A DNA stretch of 62,427 nucleotides, the filler included, from Nemertoderma westbladi (lineage: Eukaryota; Animalia; Xenacoelomorpha), in NCBI GenBank assembly GCA_032718475.1. It is 3 parts of 3 records of this genome, joined end to end, with 100 filler letters (N's around TTAATTAATTAA, not from the genome) between each part and the next. Parts side by side here need not be neighbours in the genome. Positions count along the whole stretch, not along the records: positions 1 to 18,192 come from JAUCBJ010002866.1; 2 more parts are not named here. One strand, written 5' to 3'. The position numbers and the translations under genes were made by a program. The notes below the pieces were generated by a model that searched no databases, was not told where the DNA came from, and saw only the letters and a program-made list of their open reading frames with translations. Positions within the stretch are counted from its first letter, which is position 1, and every line of letters starts with the position of its first letter. This document shows, in pieces, positions 1-12,714 of this stretch.

Positions 1-679
1 TGTTATTCCCCATTAATGAGCGGGTTAAATATCATTTATAATAGTGGGCTACCTAAAAAATATCACTTTTTGCCCACGGGAAAATATCAGTGATATTCCC
101 GCGTTGCTATGCAACTGCCTATTATCCTAGGCCTAGCTCTATTAGCAAATCAGATTGTCAGAACCTACCGGTACCACAACACATTTTTGTATCATTATCC
201 ATTGTCTGAAATTGATAGTACCAGACCGGTACGGTACCCAGCCTGTAGCCAGGCAGTAGTGGGCTGACCAAGCCGCTTGGCATGGTATAGGCGTAGTACC
301 GGTGCGGTTTCCAGGACCGGTACATGTTTGTGGTTTTGTTTTTTCATCACTTAATTGCTGTCCGACTGCCTGAGGGATAAAGCTGCGAAGCTGTGGACTG
401 GTAGCGAATAGCGATACAAGTCTGTACAGCAGGCTAGGTAGGCCGCACTGTGCATACTGTATTTCGTGCTCTGTTCTGTCTTTATGTTTAATACGTAAGT
501 TGGACGCGCAGTATGGAAATGAATATTGATGTTTTATTTGAATAATAATAATAAAGCTGGCTTTAAATAAAACTTGTTTTTTAACTACAGTAAAATATTG
601 ATTACGGTAGTAACACCGAAACAGTCTTTATATATAGGCCTAACGGAGATTTATGCGAAACCGGAATGCAAATTTCCCT

Positions 680-770
680 GGCCACATTCCCGGACTCGAA
701 CCCACGAAATCTGGAGTCGGGGACCCGAGGTCAAGGCTCCGATATAATTAAAGGGTTAAACCACTACACA
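680..770 (-). mobile_element. Possible tRNA-derived SINE head (degenerate)
   Basis: Minus strand reads GTGTAGTGG (A-box-like) ... GGTTCGAGTCC (B-box), ending TGGCCA; spacing is too long and irregular for a tRNA. Confidence 0.35.
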
Positions 771-1500
771 ATTAATTCCCTTGATATTAATACAGTATGT
801 CTACTATAAATGGTCCCGCATGCACCAGTATGAAGTCCTAATAATAATTTATTTTTTTCTGTATTCTGTATAAAGTAGGCCCTAAAGTGTTTATCTCACG
901 CAGGGGTCAAGTGCAGGCATTCACAGAACGAGCATAGCGAGTTAGTGAATGTTCTCGAATGTCTCCTGAATGAGCTCAAATCTCTGTGAAACTGCGTCCT
1001 ACCGAAGAACAATAACACCGATGTTAGTTTTTATATCATGAAACTTTTATATAACCCGTGAATGTATATTTTGATTCAGTTTACAAAAGGTTTTAGAAAA
1101 TTAGTAGACCTATCAGTGGTCCAAAGTTAGGCTACGTACTGTGCTGCATTTTTTTTTCACTTTAAAGGTTCTTGCTGCATGATGTGTTATACAGTAAATA
1201 TGGATCTGGCGGGCCTATAGTTTATTAGAACATACTTTTTTCACCAAAATAAAAGAATACATTTATCGAAAATATAGGAGGATGCGGGCAAATGTTAACC
1301 CTATGAAATTTGCCGGAATCTACTGTACTCATACAGTATTTAGTTATGCATTATTTAATCATTCTGAATGCACAAATACAATTTAATGATTTAATATATA
1401 TTGATATATATTTAATCCCCCCAAAATACCAAGCCCCATTTACTTCACTTGCCCCCAAACAAAACCCTTTTAGAATTGTTAATAATGTGGAATAACACAT

Positions 1501-1631
1501 TTATTGCCCGGTTATCAAGTTATTTTCCCTAATATTTTACCCTCGGGCAGGAAACCCTCGGGCTGCGCCCTCGGGTTATTCCTGCCCTCGGGTAAAATAT
1601 ACGGGAAAATAACTTGATAACCGTGCAATAA
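1501..1631. repeat. ~130 bp imperfect palindrome (hairpin element) with four CCCTCGGG motifs
   Basis: TTATTGCCCGGTTATCAAGTTATTTTCCC... mirrors ...GGGAAAATAACTTGATAACCGTGCAATAA around a central GGGC-TGC-GCCC. Confidence 0.9.
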
Positions 1632-1706
1632 GTATTGATATTTCGCAATAATAAAATAATAAGTGCATAAATTAGGCCTACAAATTAACAAAAATAATCA
1701 ATTATT

Positions 1707-2822
1707 TTAAATTAACTTACTACCACTTTTCCTAGTATCGATATATGTGTGAAGGGCCAGTTTCAGTGAACGCTCTAATCCATACACCGTGAAGTCAGGG
1801 ACATTCGAATTAACTTTCTTTAACAGATTAACAACCCCCATCTCTAGAAGCGAATTCCTCTTTTCGTTCTTTATGGTTGATCTACCTGTATAGCTGCACG
1901 TCTTGGCAAATTCCTTCGTCATCAGCGTCTCCAGCTGCCTAGAGACTATGTTCCGCAAGTGTACACCTCCCTGGAGCTTTAGGTACACTTCAGTTTCTTG
2001 TCGAGAAACCAGAGCTACTAGTTCGTCGCGGCTGGAGGCAGGTGTTACAGTTATCATACTGGCCTGATCTAAGGTGACGCTGTTACGGCTGCCAGTGGTT
2101 ACAACATTGGTATACGATACAGCACTGGAAAGTGCCTTAACATCCTGTCTGAGTGAGCTAATTCGTGAACTCTGCTCAATTATAGATGATCTGTTGTTCT
2201 TTTGTAGCTTGAATATTGCCTCTAATAGCTGCCTATCAGGCATATCTGATATATTATTCACATTCTGTGGGTTTAGGTCAACAGACTTCCTTATAAAAAC
2301 TGGTGGAACACTTGTACCTGTATCAGTAACTGGATCAGATTCACTCCTCCCAGCTATTGATAATGGAGGGTGAGGTTGCAGTGGAGTAGGTAGTCTGACA
2401 TCTTTCGGAACACAATTGTTCGGTTTTTGGCGCTTATTATTGGAACGCTGTACAACTACTTCATCGTCTGATGACGCCACTGGAAGACCGAGTCTTCTGC
2501 TAGATACAAAGTGAAGCCGCTTTCTTGGTCCAGTAGCCTTGTTTACAACTCTCGGAATTGAATTGAAAACAGTTGTGTAATTATATCCCAAATTATTTAA
2601 TTCTCGGGCCTTATCCAAGATAACTAGATATTCTTCCTCTTCCAGAAATCCATGAGTTAAAACTCTACATGTACATTTCTCCCCTTCATATGTGACAACA
2701 TATTCACCGCCATTAATTTTCGGTTCATTCTCATCATAATCATCGACCTCATTAAGCAGTGAGGCTGAAAATATACTTCTGTCGGCTTTACAGTAGACAA
2801 TTACATCTTCATATTTATCCAT
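1707..2822 (-). CDS. Accessory ORF of EnSpm/CACTA-type transposon (coiled coil plus DUF4806/BEN-like C-terminal domain)
   Basis: Intact ORF (likely ATG at 2822, MDKYEDV). Low-complexity middle, coiled coil (SSRISSLRQDVKAL) and C-terminal LQGGVHLRNIVSRQLETLMTKEFAKTCSYTG resembling DUF4806. Lies directly downstream of the transposase, same strand. Confidence 0.6.
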   Translation of the reverse strand: MDKYEDVIVYCKADRSIFSASLLNEVDDYDENEPKINGGEYVVTYEGEKCTCRVLTHGFLEEEEYLVILDKARELNNLGYNYTTVFNSIPRVVNKATGPRKRLHFVSSRRLGLPVASSDDEVVVQRSNNKRQKPNNCVPKDVRLPTPLQPHPPLSIAGRSESDPVTDTGTSVPPVFIRKSVDLNPQNVNNISDMPDRQLLEAIFKLQKNNRSSIIEQSSRISSLRQDVKALSSAVSYTNVVTTGSRNSVTLDQASMITVTPASSRDELVALVSRQETEVYLKLQGGVHLRNIVSRQLETLMTKEFAKTCSYTGRSTIKNEKRNSLLEMGVVNLLKKVNSNVPDFTVYGLERSLKLALHTYIDTRKSGSKLI

Positions 2823-2944
2823 TAGTATATATATATACGATAGTCCCACCCAAGGGTTGTCAAAAATTATTTGGGCATGAGTTGCAATTAATTGATCAAT
2901 AACAGTGTCAGTAGGCCTATTACATATATATATGCCTATTGTAT

Positions 2945-4996
2945 TTAATTACACAACATTGACACATAGAAAACATGTTGCCCATTATATGTACTTGGAA
3001 AACAGATGCATAATGTCCAATCACCAACTACTAAATTAGAGAATTCCTTTCCTATTTTGAAAAAACCTTCACCATAACCACTGCTAGGACATGGCTACTG
3101 GAACAAGTCACTCACAAAATCAAGCATATGTCCATGTAATTTTAAACCATCAGGAATAATTGAAAACGATCCCACTAATAAAAAAAGGTTCGCAGTAAAT
3201 ATACAAGAACCCCTTTTTAGATGTTGAATGTCAGTTTTCGACTTAACAACTGTTGGTTTGCTATCTTCTGAACTAGCAGCTATATGTATTTCACTTAAGT
3301 ACTTCCCAGCCGCTTCCTTGAGAATCAAATCAATTCGCTTTGATTTTGTACGTTTCTTTAAGATGTGCATATATGATTCGAACCTGAATGCACTCCAATC
3401 ATCTAATGGCCCATATAATTCAACAAAATCGACTAAATGTGTTAACAAATGAATGTTGTACGTATACATATCAGAAGTATACAGATCACCAATCTGCTCG
3501 TGAAACATTGAAATGAGACTCCTTGAATAACCTAAATATCTAGGATCCGTTGATAATTCATCTGATATTAGAATTCGAAGTGCTACGTGAAGGTACATTA
3601 AATGCATGAAATATCGATCCGGAAGATAGCTACCCATCAGTGGGCAAGCATATAATATGAAGTTACGAAACTCAGTAGCTTTGAAATGCTTAACCTCATC
3701 AAAACCACGCAACCGTCGATTAAAAATTGAAGGCATGTGTAAACCAAAGCTCTTCAAAGTGATATTTAAAGTAACCTTCATACTAGGTCGCAAGCAACAA
3801 GGAAGGGGTGTAGTCCTGTTACAAATGAAATCTCGAGAAGTCCAGCTAGATATCAACTGTTTAGTAACCCCCAAACAAATCAAATGCATGTACTCTGGCG
3901 GCAAACAACTAGATAAACCCAAAATATGTCTAAGTGGCGACAAACACTTCATGTGACCTTCATTGTCCTGTTCCAAATACTCATCATCCTTTCTCAACGT
4001 AAAACCACTACCTGGGAATATCACCTTTGTATTTAGTTCATTTCTCTCACCAATAATAGTGCAATAAGTGCATGAATTGTAACCGGAATGACCCTTGGTA
4101 CACAAAATCAAACTTCTTGCAGGAGTGTCAACAATAATCAGTTTCATTTTAATTTGGTTGAGGACAACATAATCGACTAGATGTTTAAGGTAATCAGAAA
4201 CATCAAGTGGCTTTGACATTGCACCAACCCAAAGAGCAAGCATAAAGACAGGGATATCCTTTCTTTTATACACGGAACCTAAAATGGGCCAGAAAGATGA
4301 ATTCGATGACTTAGTCCATGGGGTGCCATCTATGTTAACTAATATTTGAAGTCGGCAGTACTCATCTGGAATTCCAAAAAAGACCATACGTCCGCTGGCG
4401 CAGCCAAAGATTTCAATTTCTGTACACTTGTCTTTCCCTACATGGTGATGTTTACGAAGAGTTTGAGCTGTGGACGGTAAATTGTTATGGTCATTCTTTC
4501 TTAAGATTTGAAGTAGTTGCGAAAATGCTCTATCTGAGACAGAGGTATTATTTGTGAGCCAATTCAATAGAGTGCAGCATAATCCTTTATTTTTAGCACA
4601 CATGGTGATTTCACAATCATCCCCTGCAACTTCTTCCGCATCTGTTGGTGATGTTGATATGTCGCTACCAATACAATCAGAATCAATGAAATCATGTTCC
4701 AAGGTAAGGTTATCAGAAATATAACCACCAGAAGTATCACTACCAGTATCGGTATTACCTCCAGATTCTGACGAATCTGACGTGACATCAACATTATGAT
4801 CCACTGGAAGGCAAGGATCAAAAGTTAATGTAGATGTAGCCGTACCCGTAGAGGTGGGACTACTTGTGTTACCAACAGAGGTATCCACACACCTGGTACT
4901 GGTACCAGTACTGGACGAGGGCAGATTAAAAAACTCCCCTACTTCTTCTTCAATTTGTTGCTTCCTTTTTCTAAATAACTGGCTTCGCGAAGACAT
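2945..4996 (-). CDS. EnSpm/CACTA (CMC) type transposase, with an in-frame TAG at 3095-3097
   Basis: Motifs NIDGTPWTKSS..FWPIL, DTPAR..CTKGHSGYNSCTYC, EYMHLICLGV, FKATEFRNFILY, YNIHLLTHL and SAFRFES are typical of animal EnSpm transposases. The frame stays open for 49 more codons past the TAG, to TAA at 2945. Confidence 0.85.
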
Positions 4997-5186
4997 CCTG
5001 GCACTACACAGCCAGATGGGAGTCGATTGGGTGTTTAGACAGACCGCATTTCAAAGACAATGAATGAGTGTTTTTTTTACATTTTTTAATTGACTGATTG
5101 AGTTCAACACTTTCAAAATTGTAAAGGTGAGTAAATACAGAAATAAGAACCCCATTTCACGGTATTCAACCTAACTGGCCTAACTT

Positions 5187-5693
5187 CAGTCAGAGGAACA
5201 CTGGTCACAATTTGTCCATCAATTTACAGCCAGAACTGCAGAATGTGTCCGCGGAAAACGCTTTCAGAGTGAAATTTCTCCATAGAAAACAATGCTAAAT
5301 TTCATTTGAAAACCGGCAGTGAAATTTTAACATTGGCATATTCCAGTATTCTAAAAAGTATGCCATTAGAATCGCCATAAAATTCTGTATAAATTAATTT
5401 GAGAATTAGAATCTCATCATCGGGATAACTATCATTTAAATTAAAAATAAAAATTGTCACATTACTGCATTATGTCTGTATGTGCCAACGCCAAGCTTCT
5501 GCTTTGAGTACTAGTGGAGGTACAGCCAAAATATGTCCGGAAATATAATCGCAGCCTGTCAGCCTGTCCTGTGCCTGTCAGCCTGTTGAAGGACAAATAG
5601 CAGAGTAGTGGCTGTACGGACACTTCCTGGCTGTAAATATGTGGACAATTTTTGGCTGAGCTCCAGCCAGAAAGTGACCAGTTTTCCTAACTG
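5187..5693. mobile_element. MITE-like element, copy 1
   Basis: Terminal inverted repeats GGAACACTGGTCAC ... GTGACCAGTTTTCCTAACTG; body near-identical to the copy at 5813-6268. Confidence 0.7.
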
Positions 5694-5812
5694 AGCTTTT
5701 GACAGTTTGAAAACGTATGGCTGTATGGCATATGGTATTGTTTTTCCCTAGCCTGCTAGGCCTATAGGCCTACTGCTAGTGCAGTGCTAGTCAGCTAGTG
5801 CATAGACTGCTA

Positions 5813-6268
5813 CAGCCAGGAACACTGGTCACAATTTGTCCAATTTACAGCCAGAATGTGTCCGCGGAAAACGCTCTCAGAGTGAAATTTCTCCATAGAA
5901 AACAATGCTAAATTTCATTTGAAAACTGGCAGTGAAATTTTAACATTGGCGTTCTAAAAATTATGCCATTAGAATCGCCATAAAATTCTGTATAAATTAA
6001 ATTAATTTGAGAATTAGAATCTCATCGTTGAGATAACTATCATTAATATTAAAAATAAAAATTGTCACATTACAGCATTATGTGCCCAGCTTCTGCTTTG
6101 AGTACAAGTCTGCTAGTGGAGGTACAGCCAAAATATGTCCGGAAATATAATCGCAGCCTGTTGAAGGACAAATGTCAAATAGTGGCTGCACGGACACTTT
6201 CTGGCTGTAAATATGTGGACAATTTTTGGCTGAGCTCCAGCCAGAAAGTGACCAGTGTTCCTAACTGT
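5813..6268. mobile_element. MITE-like element, copy 2 (direct tandem copy)
   Basis: GGAACACTGGTCAC ... GTGACCAGTGTTCCTAACTG; colinear with copy 1, differing by short insertions. Confidence 0.7.
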
Positions 6269-7014
6269 GCTATAGGCCTACTGCTGTACTGGCAGACCGG
6301 CAACCAGTAGGCCTACCATACAGCCATAGGCTGATAGGCAGATCAGCAGATATGAGGGCTGGAGGGCACGGCACTGCCCAGCCCACCAACCACTGCCCAC
6401 GGTACCGTACAGCTGTACAGCGGGCATCGGGAGGCCTACCGGCAGACCGGTACCAGGCAGCCAGGCCAACCAGCAGACCATGTAGCCAGGGTACCGCCGG
6501 ACTGCTGTCTGGCTGTTGATTTACTCTGGTACTGCCGTACCGTACTCACTGGCTGACTGCAGACTGCTGGACTGGGGCACATCTGACCAGATGCGGGACA
6601 GACTGCGGATGACAGGACAGAAAGACAGAGACAAAGAGCAGCTGAGCAGTAGAGATACACACTGCAGCACTGACTTACTGACTGACAGACTGACACTGGA
6701 CAAACCAGAAACCCTGTGCTGCTGTGAGCTAATACAGTAATAGGCCTATTTCAGTATTTTAAATATCTGGCAGTCTGGGTTTATCAGTTTATATAGACAC
6801 GGTCAACGGTACCTTGCCTATCTGCCTATGTCAGTATGACTATGATGTATGACATGACAGAAAATCAAATTAGCCTCATTCTGTCATTGCAGCATTGTGT
6901 GCTAGGTACAATGTTTTGAGGTAACGGTCTTTAACCTAACTACATTACAGCATTAGGCAGTTAGGCCATAAGGCTGTAAGGTAGATAATCACTGGATTTG
7001 CACACATCATCACC

Positions 7015-7260
7015 CTTCTGACACACTTGGATGCACACCCCTGATCACTATAATAAATACCCAGTTCCTACACATTTGTAATACAGAAGTGTGATTACCC
7101 ATGTTTTTCACACTTCTCGGACACTTGGAAAGCCCCACTTTAAGATAACTGCGGAATACCCAGTTCCTACACATTTGTAATAAAGAAGTGCGATTACGCA
7201 TGTTTTACACACTTCTCTAACACTTGGAAAGCCCTACTTTACGATAACTGCGGGTTCCCA
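7015..7260. repeat. Degenerate ~100-120 bp tandem repeat (~2.5 copies)
   Basis: ACACTTGGA... and AATACCCAGTTCCTACACATTTGTAATA...GAAGTG recur in tandem. Confidence 0.65.
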
Positions 7261-7286
7261 TCCTTCTATTGCGCAACGCATGTGAC

Positions 7287-7520
7287 CCGCATATACATTT
7301 TTCACTGGGAAACCTGTCTGTAAACCTGTCCGTAACCTGTCCGTATACCTGAGCGTAAACCTGTCCGAAAAGCAAACATGTCCGTAAACCTGTCCGCAAA
7401 TCTTCCCGCAAACCTGTCCGCAAAGTAAACGTCCCGCTGTCCATAAACCTGTCGTCAAACCTGTCTGTAAACCTTTCCGCAATAATACTGCCCGTAAACC
7501 TGTCCGCAAACTTATGTCCG
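7287..7520 (+). repeat. Cluster of ~12-13 bp AAACCTGTCCG(T/C) repeats, resembling an EnSpm subterminal repeat block
   Basis: Begins CCCGCATATAC, followed by more than 10 variants of AAACCTGTCCG; no inverted partner found in the window. Confidence 0.6.
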
Positions 7521-8794
7521 TTTTACGTTTTCACCCAAAGAAATTCGCTTATTTCAATTTAAACATAAATAAATTAAAATTTTCTTCACAATTTTTGGAA
7601 TGAACTATACGAAATAATTAATTAAAGTAGAGAAGTAATTAAAGTAAATTAATTATTGTAAACTGTAAAATGAAAAATAATTGGTCCAAATCAGCCACGG
7701 CATTTTAGGTGGTAAATTCAAATTTTGTTTATGCAATGTGTTGCCCTATTAGCAGATTAGCAGGCAGTCCCAGTCAGTCTGTCAGTCATTCTGTCATTAC
7801 AGCATTAGGCCTACTGCATTATGCCAGTATGCATGCAGTTATATGTTATATCAGTATATGTCAGTACTGCTGTACTGTGTACTGCAGTATGTACTGCAAT
7901 ACAGCAGTATACCAGAGTACTGCTGTTGATTGTAGCACTCCGGCCGGCAGGCGGCAGTCAGGCAGTGTAGCGGTAGCTATGTCAAGCTGGGCTGCTGGCA
8001 GGCTGGCGCTGGCTGGCTGGGGTATTGTCATTGTTACTTCGCAGCTTTGGGGAACGTCCCTTCCATTCTTCTGCCCTTGAAACACTTTTATTTTTATATA
8101 TACCGGTCTGCCGGTAGGCAGTACAGCAGTAGGCCTACCGCTTATTTTATCAGTTTATGAAACACCTTTTAGTTTGTGTGTTTTTGTGTGTTTTTGGTGT
8201 AAATAGACGTCCCCCACCTTTTGCTATTTTTTTTTCATAGGCCTTTCTGCCTGTAGGCCTAAACTTGTTTTTTCTACTGACTGTCAGACTGTCTGACCAC
8301 TGTCCAGGGACCAGACCATATGGTTGTTGTTTCCCGCAATTGGTAAAGTCAGAAAGTGATCGTTTATTGCATATTGTTTTGGTTAGAAAAACCCGCTTCT
8401 GTCAGTCTGTAGGCCTAACCAGCTAACCTCAACCGCTCCTTTCCCTGTTTCCCTCAATTGGAAAGTGGCCGTTTACTGGTTTATTGTTTTGGTTAGAAAA
8501 GCCTGCCTCTGTAACCGGCTCCTTTCCTTCAATCTGTCAATTGGTTTAATTTATAAAATTTAATAGTAATTTTAACATTTTAATAGGCCTAGCGGTAGTA
8601 ATTTTATATACAATTTTACAGTTTTAACTGGTTTAATTTACTACCGCACTACCGGTATATATTACAGTATTACAGTAGGCCTATTAACTGATTAATATTA
8701 TCAGATTATAGGCCTATTTGTTTATCTGTTTATTTAGTTTATTTAGTTGGTGACATGGTGACATAGCCACCTACTCAAACAGTTAAATGAAACC

Positions 8795-9616
8795 ATGGTG
8801 AAACACGAATCAAAAATGGAGTTACTTCGGTCAGAACTGAAGGATCATGTGGACACTACAGAAGCATCAACTACTGCCCTTGAACAGGATGTCGACCGAC
8901 TACGGGAGACCAACCAAGTAGTAGATAGGCCTGTGACACCGCGTATGGACGATGACGTTATTGCCGAGGATATCGCCAGTCAATGGCAGACTGCAGGTCC
9001 CGGGAACCGTAACCGCCGTTGGAATCGTAATAATATCCCACAAGCGAACCCGTCGAATATGGCCCTCCTCGCCCGTCAACTGAAGGATGAGGAAAGTGAG
9101 CATAGCAAACGAAAGAACAACCTTGTTGTAAAAGGACATACAGCAAATGATAATGTAACTCAACTAATCATTAACATTGCATTTTCCCTCAACGTCGACT
9201 TAGCTGAAGCCGAAATAACTACGAAAAACATTAGAAGAAATGAAGATGGAAATTTGCCACCAATAGTAATCGTAACTCTACCTGCAGTGAAAAAGTCAAT
9301 GATTTTGAGGAAGGCGCGTGAACTACGACAATCTGAGAATTACAGCCATATATATATATCTCAAGATTATACACCAGCGGAAAGCAAGCTCCAATATGAG
9401 CTCCGTGAAAAACGACGTGCACTGATCACACAACAACCTGATAAGCAGTGGATAATCTACCGAGGCCAAGTCAAAGATGCGGCTACGATCAAACAAGCCA
9501 CTCGAGGACAACCTACAACACTTTCACCTAACGATCAAACACAATCGTCTCGCGTATTCTACAGATCTCCCCCATCAACCCAACCAACAGTCGATCTAAC
9601 TCAGTCTCTAGATTGA
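8795..9616 (+). CDS. LINE ORF1 protein (coiled coil plus RRM-like region)
   Basis: RKNNLVVKG, PPIVIVTL and IYISQDYTPAE..LQYELREKRR motifs typical of CR1/L2 ORF1. Confidence 0.8.
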   Translation: MVKHESKMELLRSELKDHVDTTEASTTALEQDVDRLRETNQVVDRPVTPRMDDDVIAEDIASQWQTAGPGNRNRRWNRNNIPQANPSNMALLARQLKDEESEHSKRKNNLVVKGHTANDNVTQLIINIAFSLNVDLAEAEITTKNIRRNEDGNLPPIVIVTLPAVKKSMILRKARELRQSENYSHIYISQDYTPAESKLQYELREKRRALITQQPDKQWIIYRGQVKDAATIKQATRGQPTTLSPNDQTQSSRVFYRSPPSTQPTVDLTQSLD

Positions 9617-9643
9617 CTTCGTGTATTTTCTTCACCTGTTGCT

Positions 9644-12600
9644 GTGAGCTCCACTAACTCGGCTGTCTCACATTCAGATATTGCTCACTCGACTGCTCGA
9701 AGCTCAAGAATCTCAGATTTGGTTGACTCCGGCAACATTATTGACCAAGCAGGTACTGCTCAAGAAACCGACTGCAACGGTGATCAGCATATACAACCTC
9801 GAAGTCCATGTGACCAACATCGAGCAATATCTTTCAGCAATGTCAATGCACGTTCCATACGCAACAAAATCCCAAACATCATGGACTACGTCATCACTAA
9901 ACGTATCAACATATGTGCTGTTACAGAGACTTGGCTAAGTAGTGACGATGACGCGGTTCGGGCACTTTGTCAAATCGCCGGATATTCTCTATTCGATTCA
10001 CCCAGGCGAACTGGCAGGGGTGGCGGGACAGGGATAATTGCAGCACATCCATTCCACGCTAAACTTAGTCAAGACGGCGTGTTTGATTCTTTTGAATACT
10101 CAACATGGAAAATCTACAATGTAAAGAAACTAATATTTATTATTGTAATAATTTATCGACGCCCATATTCTACTAACCACCCTGTAACAGTTCAACAGTT
10201 TATCATTGATTTCCCTGTATTCATCGAACCTCTACTCACAATTAAGCAGAAAATAATTATAACTGGCGACTTCAATATCCATATAAATGATGCTAATGAC
10301 AACTACACTGCGAAATTCCTGGATCAAATAGCTGGAATTGGCCTCACCCAACATGTCACGGTTCCGACTCATATATCAGGAAATACCATTGACTTAATCA
10401 TCACACGGAACAATAATGAGCTACTAATCAGTAAACCATCCATAGGCGAGCAATTATCTGATCATTACTTTGTGAACGCTCTCATCAAACACCCATTCTC
10501 TCTACCGACAATTAAAACGGTGACCTCTCGCAACCTTAAGGATATAAATCTGGAAAAGTTTCGGATGGACATACAACAGTCGGCATTATGTAAACAACAC
10601 ATCTACTCAACGCTCAATGTGGAATCCTCGGTGACTATGTACAATGATGAACTAACATCTATCATTGACCAACACGCACCATTAACCACCAGAAATATAA
10701 AAGTTCGCAACTCAAACCCCTGGTACAACGGCGCGCTCAGCGAATTAAAGCGAAAACGACGACAGGCAGAAAGAAAATGGAGTCGGACTCGGCTGCCGCT
10801 CGACGCTGCTTACCTAGCTGCTGCTCGCGATCGTTACAGCCACGCCATAGCGAACGCCCAGAAAAAGTTCTACACCGATAAAATCATCGCATGCGGCAAA
10901 GATCAGAAACAACTTTTCACATTCATAAAAACACTCACTATACCAACTGCAGAGCAAGAACTTCCTGCCCCTCACAGCTCACTCTCACTTCCTGATTCTT
11001 TTGGTGATTTCTTTGTTAACAAAATTGAAAAGATTCGAGATGAACTATCAGTGATCCGAACTGAAATTAACAATGTACCGGTCAGCCGGTGTCATATAAT
11101 GACGATGATGTTCCTCTGACTACAGCTGAATTCTCATGTTTTTCTCCGTCTACTGAAGAAGCTGTAAACAAACTGATTATGAATGCGCCCAACAAACAGT
11201 GCCCCCTTGATCCCATCCCGACTTTCATCTTAAAACAAGTAATAACTGAACTGTTGCCTTTGATTACCAACATTGTAAACAAATCAATAACAACAGGAAG
11301 TTTTCCTGAACAATGGCGTGAAGCAATAATTACAGCAGCCCTAAAGAATGTGAAACTCGAGTCCATAATATTCCAGAATTTTCGACCAGTCAGTGGATTG
11401 GCTTTTTTATCGAAACTCACTGAACGCGCAGCTATATCTCAGCTAATGCCGCACATCAAGCCTCTGTTTCCCATCAACCAATCAGCGTACATGCAGAACC
11501 ACAGCACAGAAACGACCCTTCTCCGTGTGCATTCAGATATTTTAATGGCCATGGACGACCAACGAGTAACACTTTTAGTTTTCCTAGATTTGAGTGCTGC
11601 TTTTGATACTGTTGATCGCAAAACTCTTCTCGACGTACTACGAACGAAAATGAATATAACCGATGTGGCTCACCAGTGGTTCACAGAATATCTTACAAAT
11701 AGAACTCAGCGTGTGATAATCAAAGGATGCTGCTCAAAATCACTATGTGTCCGCCATGGGTTTCCCCAGGGCTCGTGCCTTGGCTGCATATTGTTTATAA
11801 TATACGTAACGGCAATATACCAGATAATCGAACGCCATCTACCGGACGTACAAGGTTACGCCGATGATAACCAACTATATCTTTCTTTTAAACCTGACAG
11901 TGAATCGAACGAGAACGGAGCGGTAAAAGCTATGGAACTGTGCATTGATGAACTTCGCAATTGGTTCATAAACAACTGGCTAAAAATAAATGACACCAAA
12001 ACGGAATTTCTAATTATCGGTACTGATCAGCAACTATCGAAAGTAAATACATCATCAATTACAGTTGGCGGCCACACAATAAATAAAACTGACAACGTTC
12101 GCAACCTTGGCGCTTATTTTGATAGTACAATGTCTATGAACACCTTTGTCACCAAAACGTGTAGCAGTGCATTCTATCACCTGAGAAATATACAGCGAAT
12201 TCGACCGTTTTTAAACAAGACAACTACCGAGTCACTGATACACGCGTTTATATCGTCCAAACTAGACTATTGTAATGCACTTTATTACGGAATTCCGGAC
12301 TATCAAATAGCGCGTCTACAACGGGTTCAAAACGCGGCCGCTCGTTTGGTTTCGGGTGTTCGAAAGTTTGAACACATAACGCCCACGCTGAAAGCACTGC
12401 ATTGGCTGCCAGTAAAGAAGCGGATTGAATATAAAATAATACTCATTGTTTTTAAATCCCTCCACAACAAAGCGCCGAAATACATCGATGAACTCATCAG
12501 CGTCTACCGCTCACCATACCATAGTCGATCTACTGATGCGCTTGTACTCCGTGTTCCGCCGCACAAACACGCCACACTCGGCCGTCGCGCCTTTGCAGTG

Positions 12601-12714
12601 TCCGGCCCAACCCTGTGGAACCAGCTACCGCGGCACATTCGCCTCACTCCAACAATAGATGAATTTAAATCACTGTTAAAAACGCACCTATTTAAGACAA
12701 GTTATTCTTATTAG
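9644..12714 (+). pseudogene. LINE ORF2 (APE endonuclease plus reverse transcriptase), split by one frameshift near 11090-11119
   Basis: NARSIRNK, VTETWL, GDFN and SDHY (APE); LDLSAAFDTV, GFPQGS and YADD (RT); L2-type C-terminus LHWLP..GRRAF..LWNQLP..FKSLLKTHLF. Confidence 0.9.
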
